64,000 nt of DNA from the IMG/VR virus record IMGVR_UViG_3300046092_000205, positions 12,496 to 76,495 of that record; one strand, given 5' to 3'. The notes beneath the pieces were generated by a model, which was not told the origin of the DNA, made no database searches, and saw only the letters and a list, made by a program, of their open reading frames with translations. Numbering within the stretch: the stretch's first letter is position 1; each line of letters begins with the position of its first letter. Position numbers and translations under genes: made by a program. The stretch comes from a virus. Shown piece after piece: positions 26,042 through 36,349 of this stretch.

Positions 26042-28567
26042 ATGAGTGCTCGTTACGGTCAAAAAGTTGGTCCATTTTCAACTAAAAAGGTTGCTTCTTC
26101 TTTTGTTTCTAACAATAGAAATGATCTACCATATACAGGAACTGCTGCACCATTTAGACCCGCACCACCAACTCCTTATGTAAGACCAGCAGATTATCTA
26201 GCAATGCCAACAATTGCTAACACTGAACAAAAAGTAGCATTGTTGGTTTTTATTAGTAATGATAATTCTAATTTTTTATCATTGATTGTCGCGGGAAATT
26301 ATACAGTTGATTGGGGTGACGGTGTGGTTGAAAATATAAATACTGGTGTTCAAGCAAACCATATTTACGATTTTGCAACTTATGATCCAACCAATTCAAC
26401 ACTAACGACAGATGGATTCAAACAAGCTATTGTTATTATTACACCCCAAGCTGGTAGCAACTTAACTGGTTTAAATCTTGTGGTAAGGCATCCATCCACC
26501 ACAGGATTTAATGCTTATGCCCAACCTATTATAGAAGCATATGTTTCTTGTCCCAACGCAACAAGTTTGGCGTTTTCGTTTTCAGCAACTTCTGTTTTTT
26601 GTAGAAAAACAAGTTATATAAATTTAATTAATACTGGATCAATAACATTATTCAGTAATTTATTTAACCTGATGTCGGGTTTACAAAAAGTCGATATAGG
26701 CAAAACCGCTGCAATTACTAATACACAAGCCATGTTTCAGTATTGTTATTCGTTAAAAGAAATTACGGTTTCAAATGATACAAATTTTTCCAGTATTACA
26801 AATACATCATCTATGTTTAGTACTTGCTACTCTTTAATAAATGTTCCTTTGTTTAATACTGGAAGTGTAGGAAACATGAATTTCATGTTTCAGGATTGTA
26901 GGTCATTGATTTCAGTACCCTTGTTTGATACTAGAAGTGCAACAACAATGACAAACATGTTTCGTGAGTGCAGGTCATTGATTTCAGTACCCTTGTTTAA
27001 TACCGTGAATGTATTAACCATATCAGACATGTTTGTGAACTGTTTTGGTTTAACAGCAGTCCCTTTGTTTGATACTAGAAGCGTAACAACAATGGCAAAC
27101 ATGTTCTCTAGCTGTACAAGTTTATCATCAGTTCCTTTATTAAATACCATAAATGTAACGACCATGAATGGTATGTTTTATGAGTGCAGGTCATTGACTA
27201 CAGTGCCATTGTTTGATACTACAAAAGTAACAATCATGAGCAATATGTTTATAAACTGTTCTGCTTTAAGAACAGTACCTTTATTTAATACTGCAAATGT
27301 TACAGCTATGGACTCTATGTTTAACGGGTGCATTAGTTTAACAACTGTTCCTTTATTTAACACAATCAAAGTTACAACTATGGCTAGTATGTTTTTAAGT
27401 TGTGTCAGTTTAGTAAATGTACCCTTATTCAATACACCAGCTTTAACAAATATTAGTGGTATATTTGCTAACTGCGCTATGTTAAAAACTATACCTTTAT
27501 TAAATACAGAGAATGTGACAAACACAAGTAGTATGGTTAATGGTTGTGTATCTTTAACGTCTATACCTTTGTTTAATACAACAAAGGTAACAAATATGAA
27601 TTCTATGTTTCAGAATTGTTATTCTTTAAAGTCTGTACCTTTATTTGATACAGCGAATGTACTAAGTATGCGCAATATGTTTACTGCTTGTTATTCTTTA
27701 ATGTCTGTACCTTTATTTAATACGGTAAAAGTTACAGATATGTATCAGATGTTTGCTAGTTGTGTATCTTTAACATTTTTACCTTCGCTCAACACTTCTC
27801 TTGTAACACTTATGGAAAGTATGGTTAACAATTGCCCATCTTTAACGGCTATTCCCAGCTTTAATGTTACCAATGTATCTATTTTTAATGCCTTCACTGG
27901 CAATGCTTGTTACTCTGTTGCATCTTTATTAATGACTAATGTAAAATATACATTAGATATTAATAACTGTAAATTGTCAAAACAAGCCTTAGAAACTTTT
28001 TTTACAAACTTAGGAACGGCAACTGCTGGTGCAACTAGAACATTAACATTAACAAACAACTGGGGAGCGCCTACGCCAGTATCGTTGAATGGTACTACAA
28101 CCGAAGGGTCTGTGACGATAGCGATGGCAAGCACAACTGGATTATCTACTGGTATGCAAGTTACTGGAACCAACACCCCTTTAACAACAGGTGAAACTGT
28201 AACATTTACAGATACAGGTGATTTGGTAAGTACTGTTGTGGCGCATGGCTTGAGTAATGGAGATGAAGTGTCTTTTTCAGCTATCACTACAACAACAGGT
28301 ATTGTAATTAATACAATTTATTTTGTGGTTAATGCTGATACTAATACTTTTCAGGTTGCAGCCTCCGTTGGTGGTGCAGCATTGCCATTAACAACTAACG
28401 GATCTGGAACAGTTAAATACAATTCAACAATTGTGAGTATTAATCCAAATGTCAGTGTTACAATGTCTAGACCAATGGTGGGTAATAGTGGAACTCCAAT
28501 ATCACTCTCTTTTCGTTTGCTTCAAACATACAGAGCAGTACTCAAAGGTTTCGCAATTACAGGATAA
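26042..28567 (+). CDS. BspA/DUF285-type leucine-rich-repeat adhesin-like virion protein
   Basis: VDWGDG (PKD-like), tandem 22-aa repeats VPLFNT..VT.M..MF..C.SL, C-terminal HGLSNGDEV...YFVVNAD.NTFQVA. Confidence 0.85.
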   Translation: MSARYGQKVGPFSTKKVASSFVSNNRNDLPYTGTAAPFRPAPPTPYVRPADYLAMPTIANTEQKVALLVFISNDNSNFLSLIVAGNYTVDWGDGVVENINTGVQANHIYDFATYDPTNSTLTTDGFKQAIVIITPQAGSNLTGLNLVVRHPSTTGFNAYAQPIIEAYVSCPNATSLAFSFSATSVFCRKTSYINLINTGSITLFSNLFNLMSGLQKVDIGKTAAITNTQAMFQYCYSLKEITVSNDTNFSSITNTSSMFSTCYSLINVPLFNTGSVGNMNFMFQDCRSLISVPLFDTRSATTMTNMFRECRSLISVPLFNTVNVLTISDMFVNCFGLTAVPLFDTRSVTTMANMFSSCTSLSSVPLLNTINVTTMNGMFYECRSLTTVPLFDTTKVTIMSNMFINCSALRTVPLFNTANVTAMDSMFNGCISLTTVPLFNTIKVTTMASMFLSCVSLVNVPLFNTPALTNISGIFANCAMLKTIPLLNTENVTNTSSMVNGCVSLTSIPLFNTTKVTNMNSMFQNCYSLKSVPLFDTANVLSMRNMFTACYSLMSVPLFNTVKVTDMYQMFASCVSLTFLPSLNTSLVTLMESMVNNCPSLTAIPSFNVTNVSIFNAFTGNACYSVASLLMTNVKYTLDINNCKLSKQALETFFTNLGTATAGATRTLTLTNNWGAPTPVSLNGTTTEGSVTIAMASTTGLSTGMQVTGTNTPLTTGETVTFTDTGDLVSTVVAHGLSNGDEVSFSAITTTTGIVINTIYFVVNADTNTFQVAASVGGAALPLTTNGSGTVKYNSTIVSINPNVSVTMSRPMVGNSGTPISLSFRLLQTYRAVLKGFAITG
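26780..27880 (+). repeat. tandem 66-nt (22-aa) LRR array
   Basis: Recurrent GT(A/T)CC(T/C)TT(A/G)TTT(A/G)ATAC every 66 nt. Confidence 0.9.
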
Positions 28568-28572
28568 TTTAT

Positions 28573-28995
28573 ATGAACAACCAAGGATTTTATAAAAAAG
28601 AAGACACTCAAATTCTCTATGCCCCAAACATTGTAGAGGGTCCAAGCTATGTATTAGTAGCGGCAGATAAAGACTCCTACGATTATCCCGTAGACGGCTG
28701 GATATGGTCTGAGTCAGAAGAAAGCGCAATCTCATACTTTGAAACCGCAATTCCTAACGCTCCATTATTTGATGTACAGCCAGAAAATTATAAACTCGCA
28801 GCGGGTAAAACTGACGAAGAAGAGTTTATGAAACTTGTTACCTTATCGACTCTTGCGTTGTCGCAAAATAGATTTGAGCCAACCACTGAACTAACAATTT
28901 GGGATCACATTAAAACTCCGCGAACAATCTCTGTTGAGAGGTTTTTGGAAATCATGGTAGACTACGGAATGTATTGCTACGCTTTAAGAAACTAA
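28573..28995 (+). CDS. hypothetical fibre-associated protein
   Basis: GFYK..., YDYPVDGWIW; follows the adhesin gene. Confidence 0.65.
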   Translation: MNNQGFYKKEDTQILYAPNIVEGPSYVLVAADKDSYDYPVDGWIWSESEESAISYFETAIPNAPLFDVQPENYKLAAGKTDEEEFMKLVTLSTLALSQNRFEPTTELTIWDHIKTPRTISVERFLEIMVDYGMYCYALRN

Positions 28996-29396
28996 TTAAT
29001 CCAATCTCTCTCTTCTATTGGGTAGAAACAATAGAGTTCTTCTCCTTGTTTTATATCTCGATCAGTGTAGTAAACATCTGCTGTTTCGTCATGCCATAAA
29101 TTCGGCAATTCCGAATGGTTGACGTAATAGCTCATGTCTATTCTGTCTAAATGGCCGTCTATCCAAAAGCCAACCTCATTAGAGTGGCAAACATCTCTAA
29201 CATGTTTCTTAACTGAGAAATCGCAGTCTTCTATTTCTTTCCACTCAATAAAATGAGAGAATCCTTTGGGGCCAAATATAGGGTATCCTTCGGGGATACT
29301 TGTTAGGGCAAAAACCCCTACTCCAGCATTAGGTATTTTTGATGGCGCTAGTTTGCACTGTGGCAAGTTGAGGCTCTGGATGATGGATTGGCGCAT
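28992..29396 (-). CDS. SET domain protein (lysine methyltransferase-like)
   Basis: PSKIPNAGVGVFA, YVNHSELPN, RDIKQGEELYCFY. Confidence 0.85.
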   Translation of the reverse strand: MRQSIIQSLNLPQCKLAPSKIPNAGVGVFALTSIPEGYPIFGPKGFSHFIEWKEIEDCDFSVKKHVRDVCHSNEVGFWIDGHLDRIDMSYYVNHSELPNLWHDETADVYYTDRDIKQGEELYCFYPIEERDWIN

Positions 29397-30012
29397 CTGA
29401 AAATTCTGTAAAATAACTATAATCAGTGAACTTATTTCTTTTGTTCTCTACAGAATATACATTTAAATCAATTTTATATCCTGGATTTTTTTCAATAGGT
29501 TCGTAAACCCAAGCATCATCATGCCAAATGATTCTATTGTTTGGATAGGCATAGAAATTGCCATTATCCATTTTAAAGAAATGAGCGCATTTATGTTCTG
29601 GGGTTTCGCTGAAATTAGTATCTAGCATTGCTTTGTTCTCCCATGACCAATCCATGGTAAACATGTATTCGCCACACTCTTTAGTGTTAGATGGTGTGAC
29701 TAGCTTTGCTCTCAATCCTTTGAGTCTCTGGCGCACTTGAACGTCAACGTAGGGACTAAAGCAGTCCCAATACATTGCGTGCTGTAAAGGCACTGGATCA
29801 CAAGGCTTCCAACAGAACGCAGTGATTGGGCGACGAGTCCAATTCACTCCATTGTTAAGGTATGATTCAAATAATGGAACTCTCTTTTCTATTGACGCTA
29901 CAGAATGAACATCGGTTGGAGTGTATTCACCATGACCTTTTTCATGGTTAAATAAATATTCGTTTCGGATTAAGCAAGTAATTGTTGGAATATTATGATT
30001 AAGGTAAGCCAT
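29329..30012 (-). CDS. hypothetical phage protein
   Basis: MAYLNHNIP...EHKCAH...GNFYAYPNNRIIW; start taken at ATG 30012. Confidence 0.7.
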   Translation of the reverse strand: MAYLNHNIPTITCLIRNEYLFNHEKGHGEYTPTDVHSVASIEKRVPLFESYLNNGVNWTRRPITAFCWKPCDPVPLQHAMYWDCFSPYVDVQVRQRLKGLRAKLVTPSNTKECGEYMFTMDWSWENKAMLDTNFSETPEHKCAHFFKMDNGNFYAYPNNRIIWHDDAWVYEPIEKNPGYKIDLNVYSVENKRNKFTDYSYFTEFSDAPIHHPEPQLATVQTSAIKNT

Positions 30013-30026
30013 AAATCGCTTCGAAA

Positions 30027-31439
30027 TTAAACTCCTATTGGGAACCAAACGCCAGAGCGCGGCGTTCCATTTGTAGTTCCTACGTTAACTAAGAGAACCG
30101 CGCGTCCATAAACTGGAAAACTAGTAGTTCCAGTAGGCAAACCATTATTGCCACCAACAGCAGTCGAACCAGTCAAGAATAGGCCCATTTCTCCAATTAT
30201 CCCAGTGTATGGTGTAATCCAATTTCCAGTGGCGGAACCTGCTGTTGCGGCTGGAACTGCTTGTGATGCCCAAAAATCCGCTAAGGTATCATAGACGGTA
30301 TTAACGGTAGAAGATCCAAGTCCAGCGGCAATAATTTTTGGGCGAATAAAGCCGTCGAATTTGACGTATTGGCCAGTGCCATTTCTAATCGTTAAATCCC
30401 CAGAGTGAGTGGTATTTCCAGTAATGAAGTTATTCCCAAGCAGAGAATTATTTCCAGTCAAAACAGTTGTTCCAGTGACAACAACGCCGCTAAAATAACC
30501 AGTTTTAGCAGTTAAAATACCGTTAATGGTTTCGTTGCCAGTCACGAACAAATTATTAGAAACACGAAGACTACCAGTTAAATTATAGTCTCCAGTTTGA
30601 TCAACATTTTGATTAATCTTTAATCTATCGCTCTCACTAGCTCCAGTAGTGAAAAACGTAGAAGAGCGAATCGTAGTCGTTCCATTTGCCACGGTTAAGT
30701 CGCCAGTAAGAGCCGTATTACCATTGACAAATAAATTACCAGTTAATGAAAACGGCCCACCCTGATAAAAATTACCAGTATGAGAAAATACGCCACTTAA
30801 ATTAGCAAAACCAGTATGAGAGAGTGTGCCGCCAGTAATGGAAACATTAGAATGAAAAACTGCTGATCCGCTAGTTGCTAAATTTCCACTAATTGAAGCA
30901 TTATTTCCAAAAACTACTGCATTTACAAATGTTGCAGTATTTCTAAATAGATTTGTGCCCCCGAAAGTGTTATTGCCAGATGATACGATATTGCCAGAAA
31001 TATTTGCGTTGCCGCTTAAAAAAGTTAACCCAGTAACTGTTAAATCTTTGATAGACGCCGCTCCAGTTACAGTAATTGAAGTAAGCGCAGTTGCCGCGAC
31101 ATTAAAATTTGCATTAAGAGTTCCATTGACGGTTACATCTCCGCCGAAAACAGCATTTGTCCCAGTAAATCCCGTAGCATAAATCGTTCCAAAACGATTG
31201 GACACTGCACCTAAATCTACTAGTCCATCGTTATGGGGGGAAAATCTTCCAGAAACGTTTCCAGATGCGTCTAAACCATTTCGCGCAACTAAATTACCAC
31301 TAAAGGTTTTTACTCCATTAATTGTTTGGTTTCCTGATTGATAAACAACGCCAGAACCATTGGGGAAAAGACCTGAATGAGCGGCGCTAACTGCTTGGTC
31401 AATTCTTTGCGATGTATTAAGTAGTGAAAAAACAGCCAT
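30027..31439 (-). CDS. tail fibre-like protein (beta-helix/bactofilin-like repeats)
   Basis: SGNQTINGVKTFSG, DLGAVSNRF..IYA, many (I/V/L)(T/S)G repeats. Confidence 0.7.
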   Translation of the reverse strand: MAVFSLLNTSQRIDQAVSAAHSGLFPNGSGVVYQSGNQTINGVKTFSGNLVARNGLDASGNVSGRFSPHNDGLVDLGAVSNRFGTIYATGFTGTNAVFGGDVTVNGTLNANFNVAATALTSITVTGAASIKDLTVTGLTFLSGNANISGNIVSSGNNTFGGTNLFRNTATFVNAVVFGNNASISGNLATSGSAVFHSNVSITGGTLSHTGFANLSGVFSHTGNFYQGGPFSLTGNLFVNGNTALTGDLTVANGTTTIRSSTFFTTGASESDRLKINQNVDQTGDYNLTGSLRVSNNLFVTGNETINGILTAKTGYFSGVVVTGTTVLTGNNSLLGNNFITGNTTHSGDLTIRNGTGQYVKFDGFIRPKIIAAGLGSSTVNTVYDTLADFWASQAVPAATAGSATGNWITPYTGIIGEMGLFLTGSTAVGGNNGLPTGTTSFPVYGRAVLLVNVGTTNGTPRSGVWFPIGV

Positions 31440-31444
31440 ATTCC

Positions 31445-31654
31445 TTAGACTGTTTTACACTCAACCGTTAAAATGTTCGCATCGCCCGAATAAAAATAAT
31501 AATTAGGATATTCGTCTTGAGACGAAAGACATAAGTCAGAATCAACATATCCTCCGCCCTCGAATAAAAGAAAATAATTCTCTCCGTCTTCGGATTTTAA
31601 AACGGGACCGCTCGAATTAATTGTTATGGAATTATTTGAAAATATAGCAGTCAT
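31445..31654 (-). CDS. small hypothetical protein
   Basis: ATGA overlap with the upstream gene. Confidence 0.55.
   Translation of the reverse strand: MTAIFSNNSITINSSGPVLKSEDGENYFLLFEGGGYVDSDLCLSSQDEYPNYYFYSGDANILTVECKTV
31455..31460 (-). promoter_or_regulatory. GTGTAA putative late promoter
   Basis: 15 nt before ATG 31439, with TAAGGA SD in between. Confidence 0.6.
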
Positions 31655-33273
31655 GGGATATATACAGAAATTCCGTTTCCAGCGATAAAATTAACATTAC
31701 TCCAAGCAGTTACTCTATAAGAATAATAAGACTCATTACCGCGAGAAGGACTATTATCAGAATAATTTGTTGAAGTTGTTGTGGCTCCAATAATATCGCT
31801 ATAAGTAAAGCCCCCATCTTCTGAAATTTGCACCTGATAATAATCTGTAAAATTAGATGCATTCCATGTTAAATTCACACTAGAGCCATTATCCACAGCA
31901 GTAATCATATGAGGCGATGGACTAGGCTCGTTGCACCAATTGTCTGAAAGCATCAAACATCCATTTTCATCCACCAAGTAATTAAAGGAATTCCCATCTC
32001 CAGAAATATACAAATAAGGATCAATAGTTAAAACATCTCCAGAGCTATCAATTAATTTGCTAGAATCAGAAGAGTATAAATAATATGGCTCTGCGCCATC
32101 AGACAGAACTCCAAATTTTTGCATTAATCCACCACCCTCATGGCATTGGAAACCAAATGAAATGTCCGCAGAAACAAGGTCATTAATTGCAGATGTCTGA
32201 GAGTAAGAGTTGAGCTTGGCATTTTCAATTTTAATAGAGCGACTCTCGGTGAAGAATCCAGTGGAGCCAGAAACTCCAGTTAATAAAAAACCAGATAATT
32301 CGGCAAAACTTTTACCCGATAAAAATAAATCTTGCGGGTCGAGAAAATTTAATTGAGCGCTGTATTTTTGCTCCCCGCCCATAATCCCAGAAAAGAAACC
32401 AGATGAAAAATTAGAAACAACAGTTGAAACGCTCAATTGACCCTGAACTGGATATTTAATTTTTCTCCCGCGAGGAAAATTACTTCCAAATCCATAGACA
32501 GTTTCCCTTTGAATCGAGAGTCCAAAATCTAGCGATTGAATCTTAGCGTCTGATAGCGGACTTAAAACAGCAGATGGGATTTCTAAATTATTTAAAATAG
32601 CCGCAAATTTTATTTCAGTTGTTGGCAGAATAGGCATTTGACCTATTGTAATCTCATCAAGAGCTACAGCGATTTGAGGCCAATCCAAAGACAAATAGTA
32701 AGAATTTTGTTCGCCACTTTCTAAATGGATTGCTGGAACTTTTACGCGGTTCGAAGAAATAACACTAGCTTCTATATTAGATCCAACGAAAGAAGCGGAA
32801 GATCGCGCTAAGTCTCCGACTTTTATTGAAAAACCATACTGATTAATAAAACAGTTTCCAATGGCCAAACATTCAATACCATTAAGAGACTGTTGATCTT
32901 GTATTTGTTTAATAAAATCATGTGATTGTTTGTCGGAGATGAAAAGATAAACATTGAACGAGGATTCACTCCTGTCTTTAAATACAGAAGAATATTCACT
33001 ATTAAATCCAAAATTTAGACCAAGAGCATTTTCATTATCGAATTTTCTTGTGGGTAAAAAAGATAAATCAAAAGAAATATCGGGAGCCAAAGAAGGATCA
33101 TCCACGGCTAGCTTTTGAGAGCCAATTTGAGCAGCGGAGTTTCTAGCGACTTCCACCGAAAAACCAAATGAGTCATTCAAACCAATAAACGATAATCCGC
33201 GACGATCATTTGATTGGTAATCCAAAAAATCAACCGCCACTAAAATAGAGTTACTTTTAATCCAATGCTTCAT
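31651..33273 (-). CDS. tail-tube-paralog structural protein with C-terminal FN3 domain
   Basis: IQSLDFGLSIQRETVYGFGSNFP resembles the 48118 protein; VNLTWNAS...YQVQ...YSYRVTA FN3. Confidence 0.7.
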   Translation of the reverse strand: MKHWIKSNSILVAVDFLDYQSNDRRGLSFIGLNDSFGFSVEVARNSAAQIGSQKLAVDDPSLAPDISFDLSFLPTRKFDNENALGLNFGFNSEYSSVFKDRSESSFNVYLFISDKQSHDFIKQIQDQQSLNGIECLAIGNCFINQYGFSIKVGDLARSSASFVGSNIEASVISSNRVKVPAIHLESGEQNSYYLSLDWPQIAVALDEITIGQMPILPTTEIKFAAILNNLEIPSAVLSPLSDAKIQSLDFGLSIQRETVYGFGSNFPRGRKIKYPVQGQLSVSTVVSNFSSGFFSGIMGGEQKYSAQLNFLDPQDLFLSGKSFAELSGFLLTGVSGSTGFFTESRSIKIENAKLNSYSQTSAINDLVSADISFGFQCHEGGGLMQKFGVLSDGAEPYYLYSSDSSKLIDSSGDVLTIDPYLYISGDGNSFNYLVDENGCLMLSDNWCNEPSPSPHMITAVDNGSSVNLTWNASNFTDYYQVQISEDGGFTYSDIIGATTTSTNYSDNSPSRGNESYYSYRVTAWSNVNFIAGNGISVYIP

Positions 33274-35552
33274 AAAATTTCCAATCCATGCTTGGCTCCA
33301 AGGTCACGCATCATTAGTGAGAAGTTCACATCTCCAGTCATCACAACAATTTCTGAAATATGCCCAATAAATGGCGCTGGAACTTGACTGTCGTGTCCAG
33401 TAGATAAAACTCCATTTGATCCATAACGATTTATGCCAATAGATCCAGGAAAAACAATATTTGAATTCCCAACCTTTAGTCCAGTTGATGGGGTTTGAGT
33501 ATTTACAGCACCAGTTATAATTCCAGCAGCGCCCCCATAAATTCCTACTACATTATAAGAATTTCCAGATAATTCAGCAAAAAACGTGTTGCCGAGATTA
33601 GTCTTGCTGTATAAACGGTTGTTGGAAATCATCATTCCTCGATTCCAATAATCAGAAAAAACGCTCATAGTTCCATTCGACTGGGGTTTCACTACGGCAA
33701 AAATTGCGTATTGATTAGGGCAGTCAAGATAAGTGGATTGAGTCAAATAAGACTCGCCATTAAAATAAAGTGCTGGCCGAGCATTTAATTCCAACTCATC
33801 AAATCGAGGACGTAAAGAATCGGTGACAACCGATCTTGAAGCATTGTAATTACGAATGCTATCGCGCCATGTAAAAATACTTTCTCCATTTTTAGAATCT
33901 TTCAAAGTATCCTGTTGGAAATGGCAAATTGGATACCCATATCCAGATACATCTAAAGGAATTTTAACATTGTCGGCGTTAATGGTCCATCCGCGCCAAC
34001 CTAAAGTATTAATATTATTAAAACTAAAGCTGCCAATTTTTTCATTATTCTGAAAATCTACAAACTCCCCGTCTTTAAGATCGAAAACGCCTGAGTGATT
34101 TTGAAAATTCACAAAAGCATCTAAACAATTATTGATTTGCGTCGAAGAAAATTTATTTCCGCTACAATATAATCCAGTCAGAGAGCTATTACTGTAAGTA
34201 TCCAATGTCGAAATTCTATTATTGGCTATTTTTAAACTTTTTAAATTAGTTAACCCAGCAATAGATAGCTCTGACAATGAATTACTAGTTAAATCTAAAT
34301 GCTCCAATTTTCTAGAGTCACTCACTAGAGCTTGAGAAATTGTGTTGCTTGGAAGAGATAATGATTTAATTGAAGAACGATCACTCAAAGAAAATGATTC
34401 AATTCTTTGGTCCTTAATAAAAACACCAGTAGCAGCGCCATAAATACCAACAGTTTCTGGGCTATTTACCCAATGCTTATCAACAAGTCCGTCCACTTGA
34501 ACGAATTTTTCACCCCCATTATAGCTCAATAAGAAAAAATCATTTATAGAATCAACAGTAAATTTAATACTAGATTCATCGTTATGTTGGTTTATTAATA
34601 TTGCTGGCGAATTATTTTTAAGTAATACCCCTAATGTATCTTCAATTAAATCCAACTCAATATTATTAGAGTTCTTATATACCCATGTATGACGCCATGA
34701 TGGACAAAAGAAAATTTTGTCACGGTTATAAATTTTTGGAGCGCGATAAATAAATTTCAATTCTCCAAATTTACTTTCCACAAAATGAAGTAGTGATTTC
34801 GTTTGAGTATCTGTTAATCCATTAAATTTTAAATTAAGATTTTCAATAGAGTGGATATTCTTTTTATCATATACTCTTTGATAAAATGAATTGGAGAATT
34901 CAATTCTCGACACATCTGGTTTTGTAGCAACGGAATACTCGAAAGCAGTGTCTAAAAATAAATTCTGAGTCCACATACTCCCAGTGGAAAATGGGGCGTT
35001 AGAAGGGCTAGAAACGTGATTTCCTGTACAGTAAAAGAAATTGTTAAATTTATTTTGATTGTCAGCTTCAAAATATCTAATCGCGTAATTATTTACAGAC
35101 TCGCCAATCTTCCACTGCTCAATATCCTGATTAACAAAAGACAGTCCACTCCAATTTAATTGAGGAGAACGGTTGTCGATAACTATTCTCGCCGCTACTT
35201 CATTTTCGGTATTAGAACGTGCCGTCCATGAAAAATCATCCGCAAAGCCACTAATGGTTTGATAAATATTAGAAGCATCTTGCATCACAACTGGCAGAGT
35301 TCCGCTTCTTGATTCGAAATAATTTAAAATTTGCGCCGCCTCCTCATCTCTAACTTTAAAAGAGAGATTATATTCAGCTATCACAGAATTCAGTGATTGG
35401 CCCATTCTTCTAAGTACACGATTAGGATATTTAACTTCGGAAGCTCGCGTAGAAAAAGAAACGGAAGATCCATATGTTGGAGATATTGTTAAACCAGTAA
35501 GCTCCGTAACACCAATAATGTTTCTGTCTCTATTGTAAAATAAATCACTCAT
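33270..35552 (-). CDS. minor tail/baseplate protein with LRR and C-terminal LamG-like region
   Basis: Two lambda gpM-like segments; LEHLDLTSNSLSELSI/LKSLKIANNRISTLD LRR; PALYFNG, GHISEIVV. Confidence 0.65.
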   Translation of the reverse strand: MSDLFYNRDRNIIGVTELTGLTISPTYGSSVSFSTRASEVKYPNRVLRRMGQSLNSVIAEYNLSFKVRDEEAAQILNYFESRSGTLPVVMQDASNIYQTISGFADDFSWTARSNTENEVAARIVIDNRSPQLNWSGLSFVNQDIEQWKIGESVNNYAIRYFEADNQNKFNNFFYCTGNHVSSPSNAPFSTGSMWTQNLFLDTAFEYSVATKPDVSRIEFSNSFYQRVYDKKNIHSIENLNLKFNGLTDTQTKSLLHFVESKFGELKFIYRAPKIYNRDKIFFCPSWRHTWVYKNSNNIELDLIEDTLGVLLKNNSPAILINQHNDESSIKFTVDSINDFFLLSYNGGEKFVQVDGLVDKHWVNSPETVGIYGAATGVFIKDQRIESFSLSDRSSIKSLSLPSNTISQALVSDSRKLEHLDLTSNSLSELSIAGLTNLKSLKIANNRISTLDTYSNSSLTGLYCSGNKFSSTQINNCLDAFVNFQNHSGVFDLKDGEFVDFQNNEKIGSFSFNNINTLGWRGWTINADNVKIPLDVSGYGYPICHFQQDTLKDSKNGESIFTWRDSIRNYNASRSVVTDSLRPRFDELELNARPALYFNGESYLTQSTYLDCPNQYAIFAVVKPQSNGTMSVFSDYWNRGMMISNNRLYSKTNLGNTFFAELSGNSYNVVGIYGGAAGIITGAVNTQTPSTGLKVGNSNIVFPGSIGINRYGSNGVLSTGHDSQVPAPFIGHISEIVVMTGDVNFSLMMRDLGAKHGLEIL

Positions 35553-36349
35553 TTTAAAAATCCTCCAAAAGTTAGATTTTTTACAGGTTGACCATCGGCG
35601 GATGATTGAATGGTTTCTCCCAGTAGTTGAGCGTTAGGAATAGAAAAATTTGCGACAGTATTAACCAAAGTACGATCCTTAATAATGATATTAACATTAT
35701 CTGACGCAAAATTCTCTGCATAAGAGTAAGAATTACGCATATTAGAATCTCCAATCTCCATATCAACTGAAGCAGAGATATTAAGTGGCGAAATAAAATT
35801 TACGGACTCAGCTTTTATCCCGCCCTCCAAAGAATAAATAGGTTGCCGCGAAATATCAATAGAGTAATTTATAGACCTTACTCTATTCGATGCGAAATCC
35901 ATGCCAGATACAGTAATACTCCTAGGGCTTGGAATAAATAAGCCATCATCAACTTCGCCAGTTAATACGGAAGCTCCGCTATTTAATCCACACCAAACAG
36001 AAACCCTAGCGGTTACTTGTGGGACATCTCCAACGCCGCAAGAAACAGAGTAACTGGTTAGATAGCCAGACTCAAAAGAGTAACTTTTGCCGCCGTAGGA
36101 AAAATTTCCAGAAAAAGAAGAATCGCCCGTAAAATTCAATATAGGGTCACTATAAATTAATGACCGCGAAAACTCCACTACGCTTTCAATTGGGCCGTTC
36201 ATAAAAAAACCAAATGATGAATCTCCTAATACGGGAGAATTCTCTAGTGGATTTGTATAACCCAAAGATAAGCTAGAAACTCCAGATAGTTTTTGCCCAT
36301 TAATTGAAAAAACTTGTTCGGTGTTTAAAAATTGATTTGAGGCACTCAT
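35549..36349 (-). CDS. tail-tube-paralog / baseplate hub protein
   Basis: YLTSYSVSCGVGDVP, VRSINYSIDISRQPIYSL; directly follows tape measure. Confidence 0.65.
   Translation of the reverse strand: MSASNQFLNTEQVFSINGQKLSGVSSLSLGYTNPLENSPVLGDSSFGFFMNGPIESVVEFSRSLIYSDPILNFTGDSSFSGNFSYGGKSYSFESGYLTSYSVSCGVGDVPQVTARVSVWCGLNSGASVLTGEVDDGLFIPSPRSITVSGMDFASNRVRSINYSIDISRQPIYSLEGGIKAESVNFISPLNISASVDMEIGDSNMRNSYSYAENFASDNVNIIIKDRTLVNTVANFSIPNAQLLGETIQSSADGQPVKNLTFGGFLK

Noticed and set aside
26780-27880. 66-nt periodic array as a possible CRISPR
   Set aside because: Repeats are degenerate at synonymous positions, in frame and encode LRRs; no constant repeat and spacer
26890-28287. Antisense ORFs with repeated NKGT motifs
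   Set aside because: Mirror of the LRR repeats on the + strand
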